Shown piece by piece: positions 41,216-50,810 of a stretch of 64,000 nt of DNA; position 1 is the stretch's first letter, and every line of letters begins with the position of its first letter. A model generated the notes under the pieces. The model had not been told where the DNA came from and did no database searches. It saw only the letters and a list, made by a program, of their open reading frames with translations. The stretch comes from Candidatus Poriferihabitaceae bacterium (GTDB lineage Bacteria > Pseudomonadota > Gammaproteobacteria > Arenicellales > Poriferihabitantaceae), in assembly GCA_965221795.1 (NCBI GenBank), contig OZ244914.1, forward strand, positions 3,548,102 to 3,612,101. Direction: 5' to 3'. Both the position numbers and the translations under genes were made by a program.

Positions 41216-42363
41216 ATTACCCCGGCTTCGTGCCCGAGATTATTGAAGGTCTCGGGTTTCTTGATTCCCAGCATCCGAAATGCATCCCGATAGAGCGTCT
41301 GACCTTCAAGCGTACTCACGACCAATGCACGGGCAAATCGACGTCCGACCCGCAGGATCGTTGTGCGATAGAAATCACCACCGTCGCTGCCCGCTTGGGT
41401 CGGCTCTTGCAGACGGTTACTCTCTTGCGCCCATGCGGTGTCAAATCTCGCACGAGTCAGCCAATCTGCATCAAGCAAGCGGCGCAGGATGACCCATGTG
41501 CTGACCTTGAAAATCCGTGCCAGTCGCAATAGGGCATCGGCGAGAGGCTCGGTTGGGTGTAAATATGTGCGCAAGGCATCCAACGGTACCAGCAGCTCGG
41601 CGGCCACCGCGTTGCACCACACTTCCTCCTGGCAAAATCCCGAATTCGGCGCGGGCCCAGGATTCGACAAGGAGGAGGTGCCGAGCCAGATATGCGCCAA
41701 CTCATGCGCCAGCGTGAACATCTGTGCCGCCTTCGTGTCCTTGCCGTTGACGAAGATCAGCGGCGCGAGTGGATCGCACAGTGCGAAACCGCGAAACTCG
41801 GCGGGGTCGAGACCACGTTTGGTGTTGCTCATTACGATACCGCTCACCATGACGAGAACGCCGGCCTCGTCGACCCGGCGAATGAATAGCCGCAGGGCCT
41901 CGGTCCAGGTAGAACATCCCCGGCGGGCAGCTACATCGAACCCCAGGGTATCCCGTATCCTTGAGGCGATGAATTCCGGGGGCCTGTGGACGGAGGCGCT
42001 GCCGACGAACCCAAGATCCGAATCGCCAGCGACACGGGCAAAACCCCGATACCAGCTTTGCCACTCCTGACAAGCATAGATTGTGTCCAGCAGATTCGGG
42101 CTGGGTCGCATCACCTTATTCCCGGAGAAAGTCCGAAAGTCAGGAATCGGGACAGTTTCATCTGGGGGTTCCGAGAGAAACAGGTAACCGACCGGTGCAT
42201 GGACAGCACGGGCGAATGCTTCCGCTTGCTTCAGGGTGGGGGTCGCTTTCCCGTCTTCCCATTCAGCCAGTTTCTTGAACTTTTTCACCAGATCTTCCTG
42301 AGAGACCCCTGCGCGTTCGCGGGCCCAGCGGAGAAGGTCTGGATTGACGGGGGCTTCGATCAT
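41212..42363 (-). CDS. XRE-HTH plus ImmA/IrrE (M78) metallopeptidase
   Basis: NPDLLRWARERAG HTH, PDFRT, FRGFAL, FTLAHELAH (HExxH), EVWCNAVAAELL. Confidence 0.92.
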   Translation of the reverse strand: MIEAPVNPDLLRWARERAGVSQEDLVKKFKKLAEWEDGKATPTLKQAEAFARAVHAPVGYLFLSEPPDETVPIPDFRTFSGNKVMRPSPNLLDTIYACQEWQSWYRGFARVAGDSDLGFVGSASVHRPPEFIASRIRDTLGFDVAARRGCSTWTEALRLFIRRVDEAGVLVMVSGIVMSNTKRGLDPAEFRGFALCDPLAPLIFVNGKDTKAAQMFTLAHELAHIWLGTSSLSNPGPAPNSGFCQEEVWCNAVAAELLVPLDALRTYLHPTEPLADALLRLARIFKVSTWVILRRLLDADWLTRARFDTAWAQESNRLQEPTQAGSDGGDFYRTTILRVGRRFARALVVSTLEGQTLYRDAFRMLGIKKPETFNNLGHEAGVI

Positions 42364-43943
42364 GCTACGGCCTCGACCATTTTTCCGGCATCTCGCAGGC
42401 GGATTTCGCCGGACATGAGTTTCGGTAAAAGAAGGTCACGGGTCCGAGCGAGGGTGCGAGACTCAAAAATATTCTTTCTGATATGTTCATCAAGAGGCGC
42501 GGCTTGGTTCTCGAAGAGAGCAACAAACTCTTGTGCCGGCTCCAGGATACTCAGGGCTTCGAACTGCTTTTTGTTGATTGCTCCAAATACCGTTCCGGTA
42601 TGTTCGTACTGCTTCAACTTTTGTTGTACTGCCCACGCTGAGTAGTAGGTGAACGACCGTGACCCGGAAACATGACGGAGAACGGCAACACCTCGTCCAA
42701 TACAGCATTTGTCCCACGCCATGTTAATGTCACCAACCGGTGCCCGAACGCTCACAAGCGTATCATCGCGCTCTGCAATTCTGGTCGGGACGGTACAGTA
42801 TTTGCGATTCTTTGGATATCGAAACCCGAAATCTGTCCGTCCCTGGAAAAAAGGCAACCCTTCTCCGTTCTCGTTATAAGTTCTCCCTGGAGGCGACTGC
42901 CCCATGGTTAAACGGAAACAATCACCAACCGTTCCAACTCGCCACCCAACTGGCTTGTCTTCGTCGTCCAGCCTATCGGGGAACCGCTCCCAAAGTTCCG
43001 GGGCCAAATATGGAGCTCGGCCTTCTACCTTGGCCCGCACCGGCCCGAACTCCACAAACCAGTCCCGGAAAATCGCCCGGGCCATCGCCTCCAGCGTCTC
43101 GTTCATCCGGCGGTTGCCTTCGATCTTGTCGTCCAACGTGCCCAGAATGTGGGCGATCGCACGTTGCTCCGGTATCGGGGGGAGAGGTATATTGATATGG
43201 TTGAAAGATTCAGTTGGAACTCGTTGACGCCCAGAAGTACCGGTCATCTGACCGACTGCATATTCCCGTATTAAATCCCATTGGGTCAGATAGTAGGAAA
43301 AATTATTATCCGTAACATTAGGGCGTCCACGAATAACGATGAATTCTGTAGAGCCATGTGCGAGTAGCACCCGCTGTGAGGCATGGTAGCGTGCGATTTT
43401 CCCATTCTCTAGGCAAGGTGTTATTCTCGCCATGAGAGTGTCACCGTCATGGAATCGAGATCCTCCACCCTTGAATTCACGCTCTGTATCGGCATAAGCG
43501 AATTTTGAATTTGGGTTAACAGCCACCATATCAACATAGGGATAATTTTGGCCTTGATTAAGCTCTACTTTCGGGTTGATCTGAATAGCTTGACTGAACG
43601 GAATTTCTTGCCAGTTTTCTTGTATCGAAATCTTTTCTGTGAAAAAAAGCACATGACTCTCTACGATTTCATCCCGAAATGATTCAGGCACTTCATCCCA
43701 AACAAATAAATCCACCCTGAAAGGGAGGTCACTTTCCTCCAGCGCTTCACGAAGGTTGCCAACTTGGTAGGCTTGTTTGGGCTTAGCAAATACCACTAAA
43801 TCAAGGTCGGATTGTGGCCGTGATGTCCACTTCGCCCTAGATCCATACACCCAGACTGTAATTCCCGGAAGATGCCGGTGAAGCAGCGTCAGAATCATTT
43901 CATGCTGCTCGGGAGTTACGTCGATGGGACTGACTACTCCCAT
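42360..43943 (-). CDS. hsdS: Type I R-M specificity subunit with an N-terminal fused minimal nucleotidyltransferase (MNT) domain
   Basis: aa 1-~105: VWVYGSRAKWTSRPQSDLDL (GSx10DxD) and LPFRVDL; then TRD1 (ARITPCLENGK), spacer PPIPEQRAIAHILGTLDDKIE, TRD2, RDLLLPKLMSGE. Confidence 0.93.
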   Translation of the reverse strand: MGVVSPIDVTPEQHEMILTLLHRHLPGITVWVYGSRAKWTSRPQSDLDLVVFAKPKQAYQVGNLREALEESDLPFRVDLFVWDEVPESFRDEIVESHVLFFTEKISIQENWQEIPFSQAIQINPKVELNQGQNYPYVDMVAVNPNSKFAYADTEREFKGGGSRFHDGDTLMARITPCLENGKIARYHASQRVLLAHGSTEFIVIRGRPNVTDNNFSYYLTQWDLIREYAVGQMTGTSGRQRVPTESFNHINIPLPPIPEQRAIAHILGTLDDKIEGNRRMNETLEAMARAIFRDWFVEFGPVRAKVEGRAPYLAPELWERFPDRLDDEDKPVGWRVGTVGDCFRLTMGQSPPGRTYNENGEGLPFFQGRTDFGFRYPKNRKYCTVPTRIAERDDTLVSVRAPVGDINMAWDKCCIGRGVAVLRHVSGSRSFTYYSAWAVQQKLKQYEHTGTVFGAINKKQFEALSILEPAQEFVALFENQAAPLDEHIRKNIFESRTLARTRDLLLPKLMSGEIRLRDAGKMVEAVA

Positions 43944-44350
43944 GTTGAAGCAGTCATTGTCTGATAGAGACCGATAGCATCATCAATAAAGCCGGGCATC
44001 AACTCCAGGCAAACTGTAGCTTTTTCTCCATCGTAGTCGTGAGACGTGTTAGTCCGTGCATTCGCATACTCCATCCATTGCTTCAGTGGTGACGCGAGCA
44101 AGCCATTTTCATGAGCCAGTCGGAATATGGGCTTAGGGCTATTTGGCGGCTCGGCAATCCCCAGCCCCTCAGACAGATATCTCTTGAGAGCTTTCCACAA
44201 GCAGTCATAGCAGGTCTCGAAGCGCTGTATGACGGACTCGGAAACCCCCTCACGAGTCAGGACCGAAAGGTCATCTTCTAGGCTCTGGTGGTTTTCGTGC
44301 TGTTCCTCCAAGCGTTTGAGGGATAACTGGAATTTGCTGTAGTCGATCAT
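43934..44350 (-). CDS. HEPN-domain protein (HI0074/nucleotidyltransferase substrate-binding family), predicted RNase toxin
   Basis: ESVIQRFETCYDCLWKALKRYL, SPKPIFRLA, RTNTSHDY = RX4HXY; 10-bp overlap with MNT-hsdS. Confidence 0.88.
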   Translation of the reverse strand: MIDYSKFQLSLKRLEEQHENHQSLEDDLSVLTREGVSESVIQRFETCYDCLWKALKRYLSEGLGIAEPPNSPKPIFRLAHENGLLASPLKQWMEYANARTNTSHDYDGEKATVCLELMPGFIDDAIGLYQTMTASTWE

Positions 44351-44373
44351 GCTTCCTATAGAACGGATTGCTG

Positions 44374-44625
44374 TCAGTTGGATGTTCGATGAAGTGCCAG
44401 AACTTCCGTGATTGTCTCTGCCTCCTCCCGGGATGCTGATGGAAAATCATGTAGGTTCCTATGCCAACCCTCCCATTGGTTTATGCCGGTATTCAATGTC
44501 ACGGGAACGACGGAAATCTGTTCTGGTGACAGGTTGTCATAGCCTTGTTCATATCCACTGACAACTACCCGCATATCTTCAGGATAGGTTCTCAAGAGAT
44601 CAATTATCGCTCGAATAGTCATCAT
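44374..44625 (-). CDS. Small hypothetical protein coupled to hsdM
   Basis: 83-aa ORF with 4-bp overlap on the hsdM stop; protein-like composition ([20 protein letters not shown]). Confidence 0.6.
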   Translation of the reverse strand: MMTIRAIIDLLRTYPEDMRVVVSGYEQGYDNLSPEQISVVPVTLNTGINQWEGWHRNLHDFPSASREEAETITEVLALHRTSN

Positions 44626-46214
44626 TTTTCCTGTACTCCAAATCCCAGTTGTTGCAAGTTTTCTGTAATCGCCGCATCCAGTCGGGCACTTTCCGCTTGA
44701 TGCCGATAAAACTCCTTAGTCAGATGCTTCATCTTCTCATCGAACGGTTCGTCGTCTTTCTCCTGCGGCGGAGCTCCCACAAAGCGACCGGGAGTCAACC
44801 CATGCCCATGCTGGCGCACTTCATCCAGTGGAGCACTCCGGCAAAATCCGGGCACATCAGTATAGTCACTGCCAGCATCGCTTGATCGCCAGGCATGGTA
44901 CGTGCCGGCAATCCGCGAAATCTCCTCATCCGTCAGTTCCCGGTGGGTCCGGTCGACCATCCGGCCCAATCCACGAGCGTCAATGAAAAGGATTTCATCC
45001 TGCCGGTTGCGGAACTTGCCATTTCTACGATCCCGGGCCAGAAACCACAGGCAGGCGGGAATCTGGGTGGAGTAGAACAGTTGACCGGGCAAGGCGACCA
45101 GGCAGTCCACAAGCCTTGCCTCTATCAGGTTCTGCCGAATCTCTCCCTCTCCCGACTGGGCCGAGGACATGGAGCCGTTGGCCAGCACAAATCCCGCCGT
45201 TCCGGATGGCGCGAGATGATGCACCATGTGCTGCACCCAGGCGAAGTTGGCATTGCCCTTGGGCGGAATGCCGTACTTCCAGCGCTGGTCTTCCGCGAGT
45301 CGCTCCCCACCCCAGTCCTTCACGTTGAAAGGCGGATTGGCGAGAATAAAATCGGCCCGCAGATCGGGATGACGATCGTTATGGAAGCTGTCCCCGTGCT
45401 CGATCCGACCCTCAATCCCGCGAATCGCCAGATTCATCTTCGCCAGACGCCAGGTCGTATAGTTCGACTCCTGCCCCCAGATCGAAATGTCGCCTCGGGC
45501 CTTTCCCCCGTTGCCGTTGCCGGTAGCATGAGCATGGAGAAATTCGGCAGACTGCACGAACATGCCGGAAGAGCCGCAACAGGGGTCATAGACCCGCCCC
45601 CGGTATGGCTCTAACATCTCCACCAGCAGCCGGACGACACAATGCGGCGTATAGAACTCCCCCCCCTTCTTACCCTCCGCACTCGCGAACTGCGACAGAA
45701 AATATTCGTAGACGCGGCCCAGGACATCCTGGGAGCGGGCTTCCTCGTCGCCCACGCGGAGATTGCCGATCAGATCGATCAGCTGACCGAGGCGCTGCTG
45801 ATCCAGGGCCGGACGGGCATATTCTTTCGGCAACACCTCCCGCAGCGAGGGGTTCTCACGCTCGACGGCCGTCATCGCGTCATCCACGACCTGGCCGATG
45901 TCCGGCTGTCTGGCGCGTCCTTTCAGATGACTCCAGCGTGCCTCCGGTGGGACCCAGAAGATATTGTCGGCGAGATACTCATCTCGATCTTCGGCGGCTT
46001 CCGCTCCCCATTCGGCGAGCACCGAAGCCTGTCGCTCCTCGAACGCATCGGAAACGTACTTGAGAAAGATCAGGCCGAGCACTACATGCTTGTATTCAGC
46101 GGCGTCCGTCGAGCCCCGCAGGGTATCGGCCATTGCCCATAACTCGGCTTCATAACCGGTAATGGCTCCGCTCTGTGATGAACCATCGGTCGGATTCGAG
46201 TTTTTTCGGTTCAT
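44622..46214 (-). CDS. hsdM: Type I R-M N6-adenine methyltransferase subunit M
   Basis: [37 protein letters not shown]. Confidence 0.97.
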   Translation of the reverse strand: MNRKNSNPTDGSSQSGAITGYEAELWAMADTLRGSTDAAEYKHVVLGLIFLKYVSDAFEERQASVLAEWGAEAAEDRDEYLADNIFWVPPEARWSHLKGRARQPDIGQVVDDAMTAVERENPSLREVLPKEYARPALDQQRLGQLIDLIGNLRVGDEEARSQDVLGRVYEYFLSQFASAEGKKGGEFYTPHCVVRLLVEMLEPYRGRVYDPCCGSSGMFVQSAEFLHAHATGNGNGGKARGDISIWGQESNYTTWRLAKMNLAIRGIEGRIEHGDSFHNDRHPDLRADFILANPPFNVKDWGGERLAEDQRWKYGIPPKGNANFAWVQHMVHHLAPSGTAGFVLANGSMSSAQSGEGEIRQNLIEARLVDCLVALPGQLFYSTQIPACLWFLARDRRNGKFRNRQDEILFIDARGLGRMVDRTHRELTDEEISRIAGTYHAWRSSDAGSDYTDVPGFCRSAPLDEVRQHGHGLTPGRFVGAPPQEKDDEPFDEKMKHLTKEFYRHQAESARLDAAITENLQQLGFGVQEK

Positions 46215-46529
46215 GAATGATGCTTTCCTGATTGAGAGGAAAATTATCGACGATTTCTATGACGCATCCCCAAGGGGTTTCTTATAACAGTACGCCTATT
46301 GCATCGCAACAGGTTCCGGTCCATAAAGCTCACGATGAGCACCAGAAGGCCAGTCGTTGGCAAGCATGTTGTGACACGATGCCGCGCATTCTATGCAAGA
46401 TGCCACAAAGCTGGAGACTAAAGCCGCCAAGCATTTTCTACTATAGCCAATTCTGGTATGTACAGGCGATACTTACAGGTGACCTCACATGGAGAAGTGC
46501 TGCTGCTTGGAATGCCGCGGATCAACCCT

Positions 46530-48086
46530 TCATGCAGCCACCAGAATGGGGAATTTCTTCCGGATCCTTTCATCCACAGCAGATTCGATAAAACAAGGCA
46601 GGTACTCGGTCAGGATTTCATTCGTGATTGTGCGGCTTCGTTCAAACAGATCGATCGACCCTTGTTGCTCCCAGGCATCAGGAGGGTCACGTGAAACCAG
46701 AACAGGCTCGGGATACAGGTATTCTGATTCCATGAACTCCATCGTCTGGGAATGGCCGAGAAAGTGCCCCGGATGAATCACCGATTCACGGATCACTTCC
46801 ACCGACAGTGTCTCGTCACTGACTTCGATGCCACGGGTTGCCCGAAGAACCATACCCAGAATTTCATTATCGATCACCAGGGATTCGAAACTGCAACCCA
46901 TCAGGCTTCCCATCATGCCCGCTGCCTCACAAACGCGATTGGCCCCGGCCATAGCCGCCAATACGAGAGTAATCCCCTTCTCGAAACCATGCTGGGCATC
47001 GGGTACTTTGGAGTCCGTCATCCCGGCCGCCACGGAATTGGGTAAATCATAATACGAACCCATCTGCACAGCGGCTGCAGAAAGCAAAGCTTCCTCACCA
47101 CTGCCGCCGGAAAAAGATCCGGTTCGCAAGTCTGTAACAAAAGGCCATGCCGCAAAGGTCATCGGACAACCAGGCCGAATCAAATTCACCACTGCCAAAC
47201 AAGCCAGGGTTTCAGCAATGACCTGGGCCAATATGCCGGCCAGCGGAGCAGGTGCGGTGGCACCACTCTGGGGAGCGACTGCCAAATCACTGGTGAGACC
47301 CAATCGGCTGGCTTCCATCATGACTTCCAGGTTCGACCGGCCGAAACGCAAGGGCGAAACAATTGGACAACCCCCAAAAATAGCAAATGGTTCCTTGGCA
47401 AATCGCCCTTCCCCACCGAGTACCATATCGAACATTTCCAGAGCTGGGCGAACACTGGTCGCCCGACGAAAAGCGAAGCAAAGCGGCTTTTCCGTACCCC
47501 GAATCATGGCATAAGGCACATTGATGTCATGTTCGAAGTCATCGGTAACATCGGTCGGTACGACCGTTGCCCCGATCATATGGATATTGTCCAGTTTGTC
47601 ACTCAGGCGGGTGAAGTCATAGATGTCCTGCAAAGTCGACGCACGATAGCGCCGAGTGGCAGGGTCAAAAGTAGTCACCGCAGACCCCGAAGTCGCGAAG
47701 TAGACCCGGGAACCGCTACACTCCATATCGTCCCGGCCCCTCCGGGCACCCCGGGCATGCACCACAAAATCACGTGCTGCATTGGCGATGAGATCGTCTA
47801 CCATTCCTTTCGGAAAACATAATCGCCCATGCTCATTCAGGAAGCAGCCCTGATGCAGTACTTCCTTGAGTAATTCCGGGATCGGGTCACCGATCCCAAT
47901 GGTCTCCAGAATCTCGAGGGCGGCTTGATGGATCCGACCCATATCAGAATCGCTCAGCGGCTGGTAGCGGCCACTGTGCATGCCCGGCCAAATGGCAGGT
48001 GACTGGGAGTCCGCCTGGCGCTTGGCACGTCGAACCTGGCGCCCTCCTGCACGACCGGTAGCCCGCTTTGCCTTGGCAGTTTTCAT
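46530..48086 (-). CDS. MttB-superfamily methyltransferase, pyrrolysine-free (paralogue 2)
   Basis: IHQAALEILETIG, QSGATAPAPLAG, TDLRTGSFSGGSGE, GMTDSKVPDAQ, PGHFLG. Confidence 0.92.
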   Translation of the reverse strand: MKTAKAKRATGRAGGRQVRRAKRQADSQSPAIWPGMHSGRYQPLSDSDMGRIHQAALEILETIGIGDPIPELLKEVLHQGCFLNEHGRLCFPKGMVDDLIANAARDFVVHARGARRGRDDMECSGSRVYFATSGSAVTTFDPATRRYRASTLQDIYDFTRLSDKLDNIHMIGATVVPTDVTDDFEHDINVPYAMIRGTEKPLCFAFRRATSVRPALEMFDMVLGGEGRFAKEPFAIFGGCPIVSPLRFGRSNLEVMMEASRLGLTSDLAVAPQSGATAPAPLAGILAQVIAETLACLAVVNLIRPGCPMTFAAWPFVTDLRTGSFSGGSGEEALLSAAAVQMGSYYDLPNSVAAGMTDSKVPDAQHGFEKGITLVLAAMAGANRVCEAAGMMGSLMGCSFESLVIDNEILGMVLRATRGIEVSDETLSVEVIRESVIHPGHFLGHSQTMEFMESEYLYPEPVLVSRDPPDAWEQQGSIDLFERSRTITNEILTEYLPCFIESAVDERIRKKFPILVAA

Positions 48087-48104
48087 ATGAATCAGGAATG
48101 GAAG

Positions 48105-50171
48105 CTACAGAATGGGGAGTTCCCTTTGGTACATTTCGGATTCGACTTCTTCGGGGGCACGTCGAAAATTGCGAGCGGCCAGATGCCCATCAAAAACCGC
48201 ATCGGCGATGAGTCCGGGAGCCAGCATATCACCAACCCGCTGCAGGGTATGCAGTTCGAGGCGATCATTTTCTATTTGCGCAAGTAGAGCAGAAAAGAGT
48301 GCATCGCACGGGGACCGTTCCGTGACCAAAACCAATGTCCCACATGCATGATGCCGTCCTTGACCACCATACAGACAGGCAGAAAAGACACTACCATTGG
48401 CTCCATGGACCAGTCGTCGACTGGTCTCGATATGGACTCCAAGGGAAACCAGCCGACTTTGTATCCGGGCCTGTTCAAGAGTGTAGTGGGTCCAGGGCGA
48501 TACCACGCTGGCTGGCGTAATCAAGGCTACTTCATCCGCCACTTCCACGAGAAACTCTGCCAGCACACCAGCCAGATAGCATTGGTCATCATCATAGACA
48601 ATGACCGGTTTTTGGATTGGATGCCGACCTGCAAAAAGATCGTCTGGGGTCAGAATATCAATCGAGTCATCAATGGGAAGAGGATGACGGGAAGTGCGCC
48701 CGACTCCATCTCTTCTCCACTGCGCTCCGGTAGCCAGAAAGATATCGGGAATTTCCAGTTCCGATATGGTGTCCACCGTCATCTCACTGTTCCGGTAAAT
48801 CTCAACATTTGTCATCCGTTCCAGTTGACCGACCCGATAGTCCCGAACCCGTTTCCAGGCCGAAAGCCCCGGCAAAGTCGATTCTGCCTGCACCCGACCT
48901 CCCAGGTCGTTACGGGCCTCGGCCAGAATCACTTCACACCCCCGGTTCCCCAGTTGCAGTGCGCACTCCAGCCCTGCCGGACCAGCACCCACTACCAGCA
49001 CCGGTGTGGGTGCCTGTACCGGAGCAATCGACTCTGGATGCCAATTTCTCCTCCACTCCTCGCCCATGGTGGGATTTTGGGTACAACGAATGGGGACACC
49101 ATGGCTGTCACTGGAGACACAGATGTTGCAACCAATGCATTCCCGGATCTCCTCAATACGTTGCTCCTTGATCTTGTTGGGCAAGAATGGGTCGGAGATG
49201 GATGGCCTGGCCGCACCGATAAAATCCAGCACCCCCCGGCGAACCAGGGAAACCATATGATCCGGTGAAGTATAGCGCCCTACTCCTACTACTGGCTTGG
49301 ACGTGACCTGCTTCACGAATGCTGTATACACTTCCTGTGCTCCCTCATTGGGTTCGAACCGGGATGTAATCGAGTCATTTTCCCAACCAGCCACGTTCAC
49401 ATCCCAAAGATCAGGCAACTCCGCCAGCATCTCCACGATCGCACGGCCCTCCTCCTGCGCCTGCAGGCCATCCGTACCGGCCATGTCATCCACTGCAAAA
49501 CGAAACGCAATGGCACACTCTCCAGCTGCTTCTTCCTGTGCGTCCAGAAGCAATTCACGGGTCAAGCGTACCCGATTTTCGAGGCATCCACCGTATTCGT
49601 CACTGCGCTGGTTGAAATAGGGGTTGATAAAATGATGTGCCATAGACATGTGATGTCCGGCGTAGACATACACGATGTCGAAATCGGCCTGCTTCGCCAG
49701 GCGGACCGCCTGACGGTGCCAGGATCGCAAATTGGCAAGATCGCGCTTGTCCATGCCCTTGGCCTGTTTAGGATACAGTGTACTGACACTCATCGAAACG
49801 GGTGCCAGGGATGGCATGCGGGTATACAGATTGGGCGCGTGGAACCCATTGTGAACCAATTCGATAGCCGCCAGGGAACCATACTGATGCACCCCGTCCG
49901 CCATCAGATGTAGAGCTGGCAGATCTCGCTGGTCCCAGATGCGTTGTTCCGCGAACGGAGAAAGATCCGACGTAGGGTGAATCTCGGCTTCTTCCGTACT
50001 GACCACGGCCCAACCACCCGCCGCCTTCATTGCTCTCATGGCAGCTTGTCCTCGAGGTTTGATATGACCAAAGCCACAACAATGAGGTACCTGATAAAAC
50101 CGATTTCTGGCTGTTACCGGTCCGATGCTGACCGACTCGAACAAAATCTCATATGCGTGGGAGGCAGTCAT
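48105..50171 (-). CDS. Trimethylamine/dimethylamine/histamine dehydrogenase-like flavoprotein (FMN, 4Fe-4S)
   Basis: NRFYQVPHC (cysteinyl-FMN site), RSDEYGGCLENR, ECIGCNIC..C, VGAGPAGLE. Confidence 0.88.
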   Translation of the reverse strand: MTASHAYEILFESVSIGPVTARNRFYQVPHCCGFGHIKPRGQAAMRAMKAAGGWAVVSTEEAEIHPTSDLSPFAEQRIWDQRDLPALHLMADGVHQYGSLAAIELVHNGFHAPNLYTRMPSLAPVSMSVSTLYPKQAKGMDKRDLANLRSWHRQAVRLAKQADFDIVYVYAGHHMSMAHHFINPYFNQRSDEYGGCLENRVRLTRELLLDAQEEAAGECAIAFRFAVDDMAGTDGLQAQEEGRAIVEMLAELPDLWDVNVAGWENDSITSRFEPNEGAQEVYTAFVKQVTSKPVVGVGRYTSPDHMVSLVRRGVLDFIGAARPSISDPFLPNKIKEQRIEEIRECIGCNICVSSDSHGVPIRCTQNPTMGEEWRRNWHPESIAPVQAPTPVLVVGAGPAGLECALQLGNRGCEVILAEARNDLGGRVQAESTLPGLSAWKRVRDYRVGQLERMTNVEIYRNSEMTVDTISELEIPDIFLATGAQWRRDGVGRTSRHPLPIDDSIDILTPDDLFAGRHPIQKPVIVYDDDQCYLAGVLAEFLVEVADEVALITPASVVSPWTHYTLEQARIQSRLVSLGVHIETSRRLVHGANGSVFSACLYGGQGRHHACGTLVLVTERSPCDALFSALLAQIENDRLELHTLQRVGDMLAPGLIADAVFDGHLAARNFRRAPEEVESEMYQRELPIL

Positions 50172-50262
50172 TGAATCCGAACTCTGTGTGAAACAGCCAC
50201 AATCGTATCATGCCAGATCATGACTACTCTGCCCATTCCGCATCCGGTGGGAGATGACAATT

Positions 50263-50810
50263 TAGTCAACCCTGAAAATCTGTTTCAAGAGGTCGCAAGA
50301 GACAATGATGGAACACCGCCCGGCTCGGTCCCAGTATTTTCCATTATCCCGTCTTTCCCGGACGTTCCCGGACGTTCCCGGACTCTCAGGGCGTCGCAAA
50401 CACGGCCACCCAGACCCAGAATCCAGCGACAAAAACCGCAGCCGAGGGAGGGTCAGCCGCCAGTGGTGACCGGCACCGGACAGCAGTGCATTCACCCGAT
50501 CCCTCTCCCTTCCCTGACGCCAGTTCCGCCCCAGATGACCATCCGACTTCAAGTGGCCGATCACCACCTCAATCGCCTGCCGCCGCAGGCACTTCTTCAG
50601 CCGCCGGGTCACGATACCTCGCCGCTGCCCGGACAAGCACACCGAAGCCTCGCCTTCCAGGCTCCGGTCACCGCGGTCTACGAACACCTCCTCAATCGAC
50701 TGACCAGTCAGGCACCGCGCCTGGTCCAACGCCCGCTTTAACGGTTGCCCGTCATCAGGATTCCCTGCCAGCACCATTCTACCCAAGACGAATCCGCTCT
50801 GATTTGTGGC
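50263..50810 (-). mobile_element. IS5-family (IS5 subgroup) transposase C-terminal remnant with terminal IR
   Basis: GFVLG..AGNPDDG..VFVDRG..RRQAIEVVIGHLKSDG.LGRN..G..DRVNALLSGAG; minus-strand end TTTTCAGGGTTGACTA. Confidence 0.8.

Noticed and set aside
34343-46529. att sites or an integrase delimiting the R-M island
   Set aside because: No flanking direct repeats, tRNA or integrase were found by eye.
50355-50383. TTCCCGGACG tandem repeat (about 3 copies)
   Set aside because: Short, inside a dead IS5 remnant, with no evident function.
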